Below, in pieces: positions 1 to 9,737 of a stretch of 59,295 nucleotides of DNA. The translations under genes were made by a program, and so were the position numbers. The notes below the pieces were generated by a model that was given only the letters and a program-made list of their open reading frames with translations, did no database searches and had not been told where the DNA came from. The stretch is taken from NCBI GenBank assembly GCA_030530045.1, contig JAUMVS010000001.1, positions 1 through 59,295 on the forward strand, read 5' to 3'. Source of the DNA: Phoenicibacter congonensis (GTDB taxonomy: Bacteria > Actinomycetota > Coriobacteriia > Coriobacteriales > Eggerthellaceae). The stretch's first letter is position 1. Every line of letters starts with the position of its first letter.

Positions 1-984
1 TTCGTCGAGATATTTAGACACAGCACTTTCGATGGCGTCGCTCTCGGCGTCCGCATCGAAGCTAAATTTTAGCATCATGGCTGCAGACAGAATTGTTCCA
101 ATCGGGTTAGCGATGTCTTGACCAGCGATGTCTGGTGCGCTTCCGTGAATTGGCTCATAAAGTCCGCATTTTGTTTTGCCCAGTGAGCTTGAAGGAATCA
201 TGCCGATTGAACCTGTAATCATTGAAGCCTCGTCGCTCAAAATGTCGCCGAACATGTTTTCGGTAACTAGCACGTCAAACTGCGATGGGTCGCGAACAAT
301 CTGCATTGCGCAGTTGTCTACGAGCATCTCTGAAAGTTCAACATCTGGATATTCTTCCTCAATTGAGTGAATAACCTTAAGCCACAAACGAGAAGTGTCA
401 AGCACGTTGCTTTTTTGAACAACGCAGAGTTTCTTGTTTCTCTTTTGTGCCATTTCAAAGCCGATTCTTGAAATGCGCTCAATTTCATACTCATTGTAGG
501 GCATGTAGTCAATTGCTTGAATTGTGTCGTTTTCTTCGTATGTCTCATGTTTGCCGAAATAAATTCCGCCAATGAGCTCGCGAACAATCAAAAAGTCGAT
601 TCCTCTGTCAACAATTTCTTGTTTGAGTGGGGAAGCACTAGCGAGCTGAGGCCAAATTTTGGCTGGGCGATTGTTTGAGTAAACACCCATTGCAGCCCTT
701 AGGTTCAAAAGGCCTTTCTCAGGGCGCTTTTCGCTTGGCATGTCGTTCCATTTGTCGCCACCAACGGCTCCGAGCAAAACTGAGTCTGAATTGCAGCACA
801 CTTCTTTTGTGTGCTCAGGCAGAGGCTCGCCATGGTTATCAATTGCGATGCCGCCCATGTCGACGAAATCGTAGTTGAATTTATGTCCATACTTTTCTGC
901 GACTTTGTCTAAAACCACGATTGTGGCGTCAACAATTTCAGGGCCGATTCCATCGCCCTTAATTACAGCTATATTTTTTTCCAT
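1..984 (-). CDS. leuB: 3-isopropylmalate dehydrogenase (3' end runs off the window)
   Basis: Not in the ORF track; translated by hand from ATG at 984: MEKNIAVIKGDGIGPEIV...LLGAVGG...RPEKGLL...IVRELIGGIYFG...NMFGDILSDEAS...LYEPIHGSAPDIAGQDIANP. Open to base 1 and directly downstream of leuD. Confidence 0.96.
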   Translation of the reverse strand, partial: MEKNIAVIKGDGIGPEIVDATIVVLDKVAEKYGHKFNYDFVDMGGIAIDNHGEPLPEHTKEVCCNSDSVLLGAVGGDKWNDMPSEKRPEKGLLNLRAAMGVYSNNRPAKIWPQLASASPLKQEIVDRGIDFLIVRELIGGIYFGKHETYEENDTIQAIDYMPYNEYEIERISRIGFEMAQKRNKKLCVVQKSNVLDTSRLWLKVIHSIEEEYPDVELSEMLVDNCAMQIVRDPSQFDVLVTENMFGDILSDEASMITGSIGMIPSSSLGKTKCGLYEPIHGSAPDIAGQDIANPIGTILSAAMMLKFSFDADAESDAIESAVSKYLDE

Positions 985-986
985 CC

Positions 987-1475
987 TTACTTTCCTTTTT
1001 TGATTGACGCTAAAAGTCCACCGTCGGCAATGATTTTTTGAATAAATGGTGGGAAAGGCTGTGCTTCGTAGGTCTTTCCAGTTGTGTTGTTGGTGATGAG
1101 GCCCTTGTCAAAGTCAATTGAGACGTCATCGCCAGCATTGATTTCTTCTGCAGCTTGTTCGCATTCCAAAATTGGAAGACCAATGTTAATAGAGTTGCGA
1201 TAGAAAATCCTTGCAAAACTCTTTGCGATAACACAGCTAACGCCGTTAGTTTTGATTGTAAGTGGAGCATGCTCACGAGATGAGCCGCAGCCAAAGTTCC
1301 AGCCAGCAACAATGATGTCGCCTGGGTTTACTTTCTCAACAAAAGTTGCATCGATGTCTTCCATGCAATGCTTTGCAAGCTCTTTTGCATCTGGTGTGTT
1401 TAAGTAACGCGCTGGAATGATTACGTCGGTATCAACGTTGTCAGGGTATTTGAAGACTCTGCCTTGTGCTTGCAT
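987..1475 (-). CDS. leuD: 3-isopropylmalate dehydratase small subunit (short type-2 form)
   Basis: [14 protein letters not shown] and [11 protein letters not shown] motifs; lies between leuC and leuB. Confidence 0.96.
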   Translation of the reverse strand: MQAQGRVFKYPDNVDTDVIIPARYLNTPDAKELAKHCMEDIDATFVEKVNPGDIIVAGWNFGCGSSREHAPLTIKTNGVSCVIAKSFARIFYRNSINIGLPILECEQAAEEINAGDDVSIDFDKGLITNNTTGKTYEAQPFPPFIQKIIADGGLLASIKKGK

Positions 1476-1478
1476 GAT

Positions 1479-2735
1479 TTAAGCCTCCAATTCTGTGATG
1501 TAGCCGGTTAATGCAGTAGCAGCAGCTGTGTATGGGGAAGCGAGGTAGACCTCAGAATCAACGTGACCCATTCTGCCAACGAAGTTTCTGTTAGTCGTAG
1601 CGATGCATTTTTCGCCCGCTGCCAAAATTCCCATGTAGCCGCCAAGGCAAGGTCCACACGTTGGGGTAGAAATAATTGCTCCAGCGTTAATAAACTCTGT
1701 TGCCCAGCCCTTTTCGATGCATTCTTTGTAAATGTCCATGGTAGCTGGAATAATGATGCAGCGAACTCCGTCAGCAATGTGTTTGCCACGAAGAACCTCA
1801 TAAGTTGCTTCCATGTCTTCAAGGCGGCCATTAGTGCAGCTGCCAATAACAACCTGGTCGACTTTGATGTCATGCAAATCAGCAGCATCTTTTGTGTTTG
1901 ATGGCAGGTGAGGGCATGATACTGTTGGCTTGATTTGACTCAAGTCAATCTCGATTACGCGCTCATATTCTGCATCATTGTCAGCATAGAAGAATCGAGG
2001 CTCGCGCTCAGCTCTGCCTTTCAAATATTCCTCTGTGATTTCGTCTGCTGCAAAAATTCCGTTTTTGCCGCCAGCTTCGATTGCCATGTTGCAAATGCAA
2101 AGGCGATCGTCCATGGAGAGGTTTTTGCATCCCTCTCCAGTGAATTCCATTGATTTGTAAAGTGCGCCGTCAACACCAATTTTTCCGATGATTGAAAGAA
2201 TTAAGTCTTTGCCAGAAACGTTTGGTGCGAATTTGCCTGTCAGCTCAAATTTGATTGCCGATGGCACTTTAAACCATGCTTTTCCTGTTGCCATTCCAGC
2301 AGCCATGTCGGTTGAGCCAACGCCTGTCGAGAACGCTCCAAGAGCGCCATAGGTGCAAGTGTGAGAGTCGGCGCCAATGATGACATCACCTGCGGTAACT
2401 ACGCCTTGTTCAGGCAGAAGAGCATGCTCAATGCCCATTTTGCCAACATCGTAGAAGTGGCTAATGCAATGTGAGCATGAGAAGTCACGGCAAGTTTTTG
2501 ATTGCTCAGCAGCTTTAATGTCCTTGTTTGGAACAAAGTGGTCAAGCACGATTGAGATGTGATCTTTGTCGAAAACGTCTTCAAATCCTGCTTTATTAAA
2601 TTCGTTTACAGCAACTGGAGTTGTGATGTCGTTTCCTAAAACCATGTCGAGGTTAGCTTCGATGAGCTGACCAGGCACGACTTCATTTTCTCCTGCATGA
2701 GCTGCAAGAATCTTCTGAGTTAATGTTTGTGACAT
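1479..2735 (-). CDS. leuC: 3-isopropylmalate dehydratase large subunit (418-aa type-2 form)
   Basis: [25 protein letters not shown] (Fe-S Cys) and [11 protein letters not shown] motifs. Confidence 0.96.
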   Translation of the reverse strand: MSQTLTQKILAAHAGENEVVPGQLIEANLDMVLGNDITTPVAVNEFNKAGFEDVFDKDHISIVLDHFVPNKDIKAAEQSKTCRDFSCSHCISHFYDVGKMGIEHALLPEQGVVTAGDVIIGADSHTCTYGALGAFSTGVGSTDMAAGMATGKAWFKVPSAIKFELTGKFAPNVSGKDLILSIIGKIGVDGALYKSMEFTGEGCKNLSMDDRLCICNMAIEAGGKNGIFAADEITEEYLKGRAEREPRFFYADNDAEYERVIEIDLSQIKPTVSCPHLPSNTKDAADLHDIKVDQVVIGSCTNGRLEDMEATYEVLRGKHIADGVRCIIIPATMDIYKECIEKGWATEFINAGAIISTPTCGPCLGGYMGILAAGEKCIATTNRNFVGRMGHVDSEVYLASPYTAAATALTGYITELEA

Positions 2736-4408
2736 TATTTATCACCTCTGCACATGTTTGTGTAGGCCGAGAGCAGGGCGTTAATGTTTGCACGCATAAC
2801 GTCAGTGTCGGTGCCAGCACCCCAGAAAACGTTGCCGTCGGTGTCTTGGATTCCGATGTAGGAAGCGCCAACGCTTCTAGAACCATCAGTTTCCATTGAG
2901 TGCTGTGAGTAAACCTCTAATGAATATTCAGCTTTTGTAATCGCACGAAGAGCGTTGTTTATGGCATTCAAGCCGCCGTTTCCGTTGGCGCTCATGAGAA
3001 TTTCTTCTCCGTCTTTTACGATTGTGAGCTGGGCAATTGTGCCGTCAACTTCTGTTGAAATCTCGAAGTCACGAACCTCGATGTCGCCTTTGAGGTTGAG
3101 ATAGTTCTTCTCGAAAATCTCGTTGATTTCATCAGGCTTGAGCTCTTTTTGAGCGTGGTCAGAGATGTCTTTGCATTTGTAGGAGAAATGCTCGCGCATT
3201 TTTGGAGGCAGAACATAACCATAGCTTTGCTCAAGCAGGTAGCCAATTCCGCCTTTGCCCGATTGCGAGTTAACGCGAATAACGTCAGCATCGTATGTCC
3301 TTCCAATGTCGGCAGGGTCGATTGGGAGGTATGGGCAAGTCCATTGATGGAGGTTGTTTTCTGTGCGGTATTTCATGCCCTTTGCAATTGCATCTTGGTG
3401 TGAGCCACTAAATGCAGCAAACACAAGGGAGCCAGCATAAGGTGCACGCTCGTAAACATGCATGCGTGTGCATTTGACATATTTCTCAACGAGACGATTG
3501 ATGTCAGAGAAGTCAAGACCAGGGTCAACGCCATGAGAATACATGTTCATAGCCACTGTAATGAGGTCAACATTGCCTGTGCGCTCGCCGTTTCCGAAAA
3601 GTGTGCCTTCAACACGGTCAGCACCTGCAAGAAGTGCAAGTTCGGTGTCAGCAACGCCAGTTCCGCGGTCGTTGTGAGGATGAAGAGATAAGACAACGTT
3701 GTCGCGGTACTTCAAGTTTTCGCTCATGTATTCAACTTGGCTTGCGTAGACATGTGGCAGGCTCATCTCAACCGTTACAGGCAAATTGATGATTACCTTG
3801 TTGTCAGTTGAAGGCTCAAGAATGTCGAGAACCTCATTGCAAACCTCAAGAGCATACTCAGGCTCGGTGCCGGTAAAGCTCTCAGGTGAATATTCAAAAC
3901 GGAAATTGCCATCATATTCTGAAGCGAGCTTCTTTACAAGCTTTGCGCCGTCAGTAGCAATCTTTTTGACTTCGTCTTTAGACTTTCTAAACACTTGTTC
4001 ACGTTGAGCAACACTTGTTGAATTGTAGAAGTGCACAATTGCGCTAGGTGCGCCTTCGCATGCCTCAAATGTTTTTCTAATAATGTGTTCGCGAGCCTGA
4101 GTTAACACCTGAACAGTCACGTCGTCAGGAATCATGTTCTTTTCAATCAGTGTGCGTAAGAATTCATACTCAGTTCCGCTTGCAGCAGGAAATCCTACTT
4201 CGATTTCCTTAAAACCAACATCTAGCAAAACCTGGAAATACTCAAGCTTTTCTTCGAGGCTCATCGGGATGACGAGCGCTTGATTTCCGTCGCGCATGTC
4301 AACGCTGCACCATGTTGGTGGCTTTTCGATGTGGTCTTTTAAAACCCACTTGTTGTACTCAGAAGAAACTGGGTAATATCCTGGTTTATATTTGCTAGCA
4401 TCCATCAT
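2735..4408 (-). CDS. leuA: 2-isopropylmalate synthase (yeast/actinobacterial-type LeuA)
   Basis: [43 protein letters not shown] and [10 protein letters not shown] motifs; 1-bp overlap with leuC. Confidence 0.96.
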   Translation of the reverse strand: MMDASKYKPGYYPVSSEYNKWVLKDHIEKPPTWCSVDMRDGNQALVIPMSLEEKLEYFQVLLDVGFKEIEVGFPAASGTEYEFLRTLIEKNMIPDDVTVQVLTQAREHIIRKTFEACEGAPSAIVHFYNSTSVAQREQVFRKSKDEVKKIATDGAKLVKKLASEYDGNFRFEYSPESFTGTEPEYALEVCNEVLDILEPSTDNKVIINLPVTVEMSLPHVYASQVEYMSENLKYRDNVVLSLHPHNDRGTGVADTELALLAGADRVEGTLFGNGERTGNVDLITVAMNMYSHGVDPGLDFSDINRLVEKYVKCTRMHVYERAPYAGSLVFAAFSGSHQDAIAKGMKYRTENNLHQWTCPYLPIDPADIGRTYDADVIRVNSQSGKGGIGYLLEQSYGYVLPPKMREHFSYKCKDISDHAQKELKPDEINEIFEKNYLNLKGDIEVRDFEISTEVDGTIAQLTIVKDGEEILMSANGNGGLNAINNALRAITKAEYSLEVYSQHSMETDGSRSVGASYIGIQDTDGNVFWGAGTDTDVMRANINALLSAYTNMCRGDK

Positions 4409-4440
4409 TTTTAATCAAACCTTCCTAAAATCGCTCTTGT

Positions 4441-4815
4441 TTAAACTTCTGCAACTGCCTCGATTTCTAGTAGAGCGCCTTTAGGTAGGTCTTTGACAGC
4501 CACGCATGAACGGGCTGGTTTAGATGTGAAGTACTGAGCGTAAATTTCGTTTACTGCAGCAAAGTCGCCCATGTCAGCAACAAAGCATACTGTTTTGACT
4601 ACCTTCTCAAGGCTTGTGCCTGCAGCTTTGAGTACCTCGCCGAGGTTCTTGCAAACCTGGTGTGTCTGTTCCTCGATTGTTGTGCCTGCGAACTCACCAG
4701 TGGCAGGATCAATTGGAATTTGACCTGATGTGAACACGAGGTCTCCAGCCTTGATTGCTTGTGAGTAGGGCCCAATTGCAGCGGGTGCACTCTCTGTAAA
4801 AATTACTTCGCTCAT
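4441..4815 (-). CDS. ridA: RidA family enamine/imine deaminase
   Basis: APAAIGPYSQA, SGQIP, PARSCV and LPKGALLEIEA motifs; catalytic Arg retained. Confidence 0.93.
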   Translation of the reverse strand: MSEVIFTESAPAAIGPYSQAIKAGDLVFTSGQIPIDPATGEFAGTTIEEQTHQVCKNLGEVLKAAGTSLEKVVKTVCFVADMGDFAAVNEIYAQYFTSKPARSCVAVKDLPKGALLEIEAVAEV

Positions 4816-4850
4816 TTTTCTCTCCTTTTCTTTACTTTAAGGTCCTCTTT

Positions 4851-6041
4851 TTATATGAGCTTAAAACCCTCGTTAGCGAGAGCTTTTTTGATAGTGTTAA
4901 CGTGATCAAAGTCACGTGTCTCCATTTCGATGCGCAAGAAGCAACCATTAATGTGTAGTGTGTTGCCTTTTTCGTAATGCACACCTGTTACGTTTCCGCC
5001 AGCGTTAGCAATGATTGTGCTGATTGCAGAAAGCTGACCAGGTTTATCCATGAGTTCAATTAGCAATGAAGATGAACGTCCTGAATTCAGAAGGCCACGA
5101 TCGATTACACGCGAGAGGCTTGTAACGTCGATGTTGCCGCCTGAAACAACGCAAACAACTTTTTTGCCATCCAAGTCAAACTTGTTGCACATTACAGCTG
5201 CTACAGCGGCTGCACCTGCGCCTTCAGCAATCATCTTTTGGCGTTCAATCAAAGCAAGAATTGCGCTTGCGACTTCGTCATCAGTAACAATTGCGATGTC
5301 ATCAACATATTTCTGCACGAGCTCAAATGTGTTTACACCTGGCTCTTTAACGGCGATGCCGTCGGCGATTGTTGAAACAGCGTCGAGGCATTCAATTTGT
5401 CCGTCGCGAATTGAGTTATACATCGAAGGTGCTCCGGCAACTTGCACGCCGTATACCTTTACTGATGGGCGAATTTGCTTGACGGTGTAGGCGATGCCCG
5501 AGATGAGTCCGCCACCACCAATTGGAACGACGATTGCGTCAATGTCGTCAAGGTCAGCCAAAATTTCAAGGGCAATTGTGCCTTGGCCCATGATGACGTA
5601 TTCATCGTCGAATGGATGAACAAAAGTTAAGTTTCTTTCTTCTTTTAATTGAAGAGCTCTTTCATAGGCATCGTCATAGCATGAGCCAACGAGCTCAACT
5701 TCTGCGCCGTAACGTTTTGTGGCTTCTACCTTTGAAATTGGTGCAATGCCTGGCAGGCAGATGAGTGATTTAATGCCAGCTCTTGTTGCTGCCAGAGCAA
5801 CGCCTTGTGCATGATTGCCAGCACTGCATGCAATAACGCCGTGTTCTTTTTCTTCGTCAGTTAAAGAAGCAATTTTGAATGCAGAGCCACGCACTTTAAA
5901 AGAGCCAGTAATCTGAAGGTTTTCTGGCTTGAGATAAAGTTCACAATTTTCCGCGATTCTGTATGAACGAGCGCATTTTGTCTCGCGGATAATTCCTTTT
6001 AAAACTTGTTGTGCTTCGAACACTTTATCAAGGCTGAGCAT
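4851..6041 (-). CDS. ilvA: Threonine ammonia-lyase with a single C-terminal ACT domain
   Basis: ENLQITGSFKVRG (PLP Lys), SAGNHAQG, PIGGGGLISG and SGGNID motifs; ACT domain DKPGQL; SD AGGAG upstream. Confidence 0.93.
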   Translation of the reverse strand: MLSLDKVFEAQQVLKGIIRETKCARSYRIAENCELYLKPENLQITGSFKVRGSAFKIASLTDEEKEHGVIACSAGNHAQGVALAATRAGIKSLICLPGIAPISKVEATKRYGAEVELVGSCYDDAYERALQLKEERNLTFVHPFDDEYVIMGQGTIALEILADLDDIDAIVVPIGGGGLISGIAYTVKQIRPSVKVYGVQVAGAPSMYNSIRDGQIECLDAVSTIADGIAVKEPGVNTFELVQKYVDDIAIVTDDEVASAILALIERQKMIAEGAGAAAVAAVMCNKFDLDGKKVVCVVSGGNIDVTSLSRVIDRGLLNSGRSSSLLIELMDKPGQLSAISTIIANAGGNVTGVHYEKGNTLHINGCFLRIEMETRDFDHVNTIKKALANEGFKLI

Positions 6042-6085
6042 TAAATTTTCTCCTAAATAACCACGTACATTTTTCTTAACAAAAC

Positions 6086-6113
6086 ATTATAAGCAAAAAT
6101 ATAGACGGGTCGA
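6086..6113 (-). promoter_or_regulatory. Putative sigma70-type promoter for the ilvA-ridA-leu operon
   Basis: Minus strand TCGACC-N16-TATAAT, ending about 45 bp before the ilvA ATG. Confidence 0.45.
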
Positions 6114-6193
6114 GCTGGTGGCTTTAACTACTATGCGTGCGTCAGTGTTTTTTGATTGATTAGCTTTTTTAGAAGTTCAAAGCTATTTTTCTC

Positions 6194-6221
6194 TTGACGG
6201 TTTTGTATTTTTCGTTATCAT
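6194..6221 (+). promoter_or_regulatory. Putative sigma70-type promoter for rplS
   Basis: TTGACG (6194-6199)-N16-TATCAT (6216-6221). A second TATAAT lies at 6276-6281. Confidence 0.5.
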
Positions 6222-6323
6222 GAATAGGCGCTGCTATTTTGGCATCATTTTTACAGCGACTCACGTAATTTTATGTATAATATCGAGTCGCGTGTTTTTT
6301 AGATATTAATAAGGACGAGAAAA

Positions 6324-6671
6324 ATGGATTACATTAGAGCTATTGAACAACAGCAAATTAAAAACGACATTCCTGATTTCAAGAGTGGCGACAACGTAAA
6401 GGTGCACTACCGCATCGTTGAGGGTAACCGCGAGAGAATTCAGGTATTCCAGGGCGACGTTATCAGCCGTCACGGAGCTTCTTCACGTGAGACTTTCACT
6501 GTAAGAAAGGTAAGCTTCGGCGTTGGCGTTGAGAGAACTTTCCCTGTAAACTCTCCAAAGATTGACAAAATTGAGGTTGTTCGTCGCGGTGACGTTCATC
6601 GCTCTAAGCTCTATTACCTCCGTGACAAGGTTGGTAAGGCTGCAAAAATCAAAGAAAAGTCATTCAACTAG
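6324..6671 (+). CDS. rplS: 50S ribosomal protein L19
   Basis: [13 protein letters not shown]...[12 protein letters not shown]...[18 protein letters not shown]...RSKLYYLR. Confidence 0.99.
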   Translation: MDYIRAIEQQQIKNDIPDFKSGDNVKVHYRIVEGNRERIQVFQGDVISRHGASSRETFTVRKVSFGVGVERTFPVNSPKIDKIEVVRRGDVHRSKLYYLRDKVGKAAKIKEKSFN

Positions 6672-6697
6672 CTTCTCGTTAACTTTGATAAACATTG

Positions 6698-6728
6698 AAA
6701 AGAGCCTCGCACGCGGGGTTCTTTTTTT
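6698..6728 (+). terminator. Rho-independent terminator after rplS
   Basis: AGAGCCTCG-cacg-CGGGGTTCT stem followed by a T-run and preceded by an A-run. Confidence 0.85.
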
Positions 6729-6855
6729 ATGCAAATCATTTAGTGCTTTTTAGTGGCTTTAACTTTTGAGCGCATGTGTGATGCATAATTTCAGCTGAGC
6801 AATTTAATTCAAGCTCTGTTTTTAATTTTCATTACTAGTAAACAAGGATTTATTA

Positions 6856-7509
6856 ATGCCAAAACTAACCCCAGAACAAGAATATGCAAGAGTAAAAGGC
6901 CTTTTTGAGTTTGATGAGCAACTCGCTTTAGAAAAGGCCGGTCGAAAAGATGCAGTCATTCTTGGCATCGATGAGGTTGGAAGGGGTCCAGTGGCAGGAC
7001 CAGTTGCAGCTGGTGGTGTTGTTTGGAAGGGTTTTGAGTTCATAGAATTTTTAAATGACTCAAAGAAATTAACTGAAAAACGACGTGAACAAGTGTGTTT
7101 GGAAGTCAAACAAAAAGCACTTTTTTCGTGTGTTGAGTTTGTTTCTGCTGGGGAAATAGACGAAATTGGAATAGTTCCCGCACTAAGAAAGGTGTTTTTG
7201 GCAGTTGTTCAAAAGTGCGAAGCGCAAGGAATCACGCCTGACATCGTTTTAATTGACGGAAATCCAATAAACATTGACCAGCGTGAGACCACAATTGTTA
7301 AAGGAGACTCTAAATCAGCAGCCATCGCTGCAGCCTCAGTTTTAGCTAAAGTTACACGTGATCACTTGATGATGGAACTCGACGCTGAGTTTCCCCAGTA
7401 TGAGTGGAAGAAAAATAAAGGATACGGCACAAAAGCTCACACCGATGCCATAAAAGAGTTTGGTCTAACACCCCAGCATAGGCACTCTTTTTTGAAAAAT
7501 TATCTTTAA
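6856..7509 (+). CDS. rnhB: Ribonuclease HII
   Basis: GIDEVGRGPVAGPV, NDSKKL, IDGN, KGDSKS..IAAASVLAKVTRD and KGYGT motifs. Confidence 0.97.
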   Translation: MPKLTPEQEYARVKGLFEFDEQLALEKAGRKDAVILGIDEVGRGPVAGPVAAGGVVWKGFEFIEFLNDSKKLTEKRREQVCLEVKQKALFSCVEFVSAGEIDEIGIVPALRKVFLAVVQKCEAQGITPDIVLIDGNPINIDQRETTIVKGDSKSAAIAAASVLAKVTRDHLMMELDAEFPQYEWKKNKGYGTKAHTDAIKEFGLTPQHRHSFLKNYL

Positions 7510-7510
7510 A

Positions 7511-7565
7511 CCTTCACTGTTCATGCACAAAAGTTTCACTTTACCTTCACTCTAGCTTCATATAT
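7511..7565. repeat. Array of five 11-bp-phased TTCAC-like direct repeats (candidate regulator binding site)
   Basis: TTCACT 7513, TGCACA 7524, TTCACT 7535, TTCACT 7546, TTCATA 7557, at exact 11-bp periodicity. Confidence 0.65.
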
Positions 7566-7658
7566 CTGACATGCGCTCTTGTATATAAAATTTCACTGTT
7601 CTTTTTAGTCTTTTTAAGTAATCAGTTTTTCTTTTTAGATGATTACAAGGAGGACAGT

Positions 7659-8180
7659 GTGGAAGAAGTGATTAACAAAACCGTTTCGAAGACAAAAAAG
7701 ACAGAAAGCAAGAAAAAGACTAAAAGTGTTAGTGGTGAGCAAGTAAAAAAGACCAAGAGCACAACAAAAGAAGCTTCATCAGCAGTTGAGGAAAAGCCGT
7801 GCGATGACACCAAAAAATCTAACAATAAGGAGCTGGGCACTAGGGGAGAGAAAGCCGCAGAGAGGTTCCTTTACAGGCGCAATTATGAAATCATCGAGCG
7901 CAACTGGAGAAGCCGTTTTGGTGAAGCCGACATAATTGCTATGGACGATGAGTGCCTCGTGTTTGTTGAGGTAAAGACCCGCTCAACTCTCGAGCAGGGT
8001 TTTCCTTGCGAAGCAGTTGATGCAAAAAAGCGGGCAAAGTATGAAAAAATTGCGCTTGATTATCTTGGCCAGAGTGATCTTTTTGACATTCCAATTCGCT
8101 TCGATGTGATTGATATCGTTCAAGTTGACGAAAACAGGGCAGCAATTAGACACCATGTAAATGCATTTGGAGTAGCTTAA
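7659..8180 (+). CDS. yraN: YraN (UPF0102) nuclease with Lys-rich N-terminal extension
   Basis: LGTRGEKAAERFL...ERNWRSRFGEADII...LVFVEVKTR...RFDVI; GTG start after a strong AAGGAGG SD. Confidence 0.92.
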   Translation: MEEVINKTVSKTKKTESKKKTKSVSGEQVKKTKSTTKEASSAVEEKPCDDTKKSNNKELGTRGEKAAERFLYRRNYEIIERNWRSRFGEADIIAMDDECLVFVEVKTRSTLEQGFPCEAVDAKKRAKYEKIALDYLGQSDLFDIPIRFDVIDIVQVDENRAAIRHHVNAFGVA

Positions 8181-8183
8181 ATC

Positions 8184-9734
8184 ATGAGTCGTCCAGTTTG
8201 TGTAAACAGTGCTGCTTTGATTGGAGCAGAAGCTGTTCCTGTTAGTGTTGAGGTTTCTGTTGTCGAGTCGCTGCCTGGAATTTCTATCGTGGGCATGGCT
8301 GACACTGCTGTTATGGAAGCTCGTGAGCGAGTTAGAACTGCCATTAAAACTTCTGGCTTTAAGATGCCAAACAAAAAGATTGTTGTGAACCTAGCCCCTT
8401 CTGACATTAAAAAAAGAGGTTGCGGGTTTGATCTTCCTATTGCGATTGGAATTCTTGTTGCAACTGGTCAGGTTAGTTATGAGTTTATAAAGAATCGGCT
8501 TTTTGTTGGAGAACTTGGGCTTGATGGGTCTGTGCGGCCTGTCCCAGGAACGCTTGCCTATGGAATTTGTGCACATAAATTGGGGTTAGCTCTTGTTAGT
8601 GCAGGTTATGAAAGCGTTCCGATTGACACGCTGGTGCATCTCAAATGTGCCGATTTAACTGATGGTTTGGAATATAACCCTCTTCCTGAGGTGCGAACTA
8701 AGTGCGAGGCGAAAAGCTATTTAATGCCTAACTCGCCTGACTTTGCAGATGTTGCTGGCCATGGTTTCACTAAAAGAGCAGCGCAAATTGCAGCTGCAGG
8801 CAATCATGGAATATTAATGATTGGACCGCCTGGCTCAGGTAAGACGATGCTTGCAAGTCGCATAGTTACAATACTGCCGCCGCTATCTAGCGATGAGATG
8901 CTAGAAGCAGCACTTGTGCATTCAGTTGCAGGGGAAGACATTAACCCCATTCTTGCAGGTAACAGGCCGTTTAGAAGCCCTCATCACAGTGCAACTATGG
9001 CTGGTCTTGTTGGGGGCGGAAATCCGTTGAAGCCAGGTGAAATTTCTCTTGCTCATTGCGGTGCATTGTTTTTAGACGAGCTGCCTGAGTTTAGTCCAAA
9101 GACCCTCCAAGCTTTACGCCAGCCAATGGAAAGCGGGAAAGTGTGTCTCACACGAGCGGAGGGAAACCTAACTTTCCCTGCTAAGTTTATGTTTATAGCA
9201 GCCTCTAACCCATGCCCTTGTGGCTATTACGGCGATGAAGAACACGACTGCAACTGCACTAACCAGCAGGTTTGCAAATATCAAGGCAGGATTGGTGGCC
9301 CTTTGATTGACAGGATTGACATCCAAGTCGATGTCAAGCGTTTGCCTGCAGCGAAGGTTTTAGAGTCGGGCAATGGCACCGATTCTTGCACACTTCGAGA
9401 AGGTGTTATGGTTGCTCGTGAGTTTTCTCAGTGGAGACAAAAGAAAGCGCTAGCCAAGAAAACTAACACATTTACTTTTGGACAAGATGCTTTTGGCTCG
9501 CCTTCAAAGAAGATGAGCACCCAAGAAATTATTGATTCTTGCGGTCTAGCAAAGGACACCAAGGATTTCGTCATTGAAATGGCAGAGACCAATCATCTTT
9601 CAGGTCGAGCACTTGTTAATACGCTCAGAGTTTCGAGAACCATAGCCGACCTTGGTCAATCGCAGGCAGTGCAAGTAAATCATGTTGCTGAAGCGCTAGG
9701 TTTTAGAATTCGCGATGAGATTGGGCAGGGGTAG
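8184..9734 (+). CDS. comM: ComM/YifB Mg-chelatase-like AAA+ ATPase (helicase)
   Basis: VNLAPSDIKK.G.GFDLPIA, Walker A GPPGSGKT, RPFRSPHHS, LFLDELPEF and NPCPCGY motifs. Confidence 0.93.
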   Translation: MSRPVCVNSAALIGAEAVPVSVEVSVVESLPGISIVGMADTAVMEARERVRTAIKTSGFKMPNKKIVVNLAPSDIKKRGCGFDLPIAIGILVATGQVSYEFIKNRLFVGELGLDGSVRPVPGTLAYGICAHKLGLALVSAGYESVPIDTLVHLKCADLTDGLEYNPLPEVRTKCEAKSYLMPNSPDFADVAGHGFTKRAAQIAAAGNHGILMIGPPGSGKTMLASRIVTILPPLSSDEMLEAALVHSVAGEDINPILAGNRPFRSPHHSATMAGLVGGGNPLKPGEISLAHCGALFLDELPEFSPKTLQALRQPMESGKVCLTRAEGNLTFPAKFMFIAASNPCPCGYYGDEEHDCNCTNQQVCKYQGRIGGPLIDRIDIQVDVKRLPAAKVLESGNGTDSCTLREGVMVAREFSQWRQKKALAKKTNTFTFGQDAFGSPSKKMSTQEIIDSCGLAKDTKDFVIEMAETNHLSGRALVNTLRVSRTIADLGQSQAVQVNHVAEALGFRIRDEIGQG

Positions 9735-9737
9735 GCC

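Noticed and set aside
6042-6190. T-box or leader-peptide attenuator for the ilv/leu operon
   Set aside because: No T-box motif, Leu/Ile-rich uORF or terminator on the minus strand, and the predicted leader is only about 40 nt.
7511-7565. CRISPR array or VNTR interpretation of the 11-bp repeats
   Set aside because: Units are too short, only a 5-6 bp core is conserved, and there are no spacers or cas genes.
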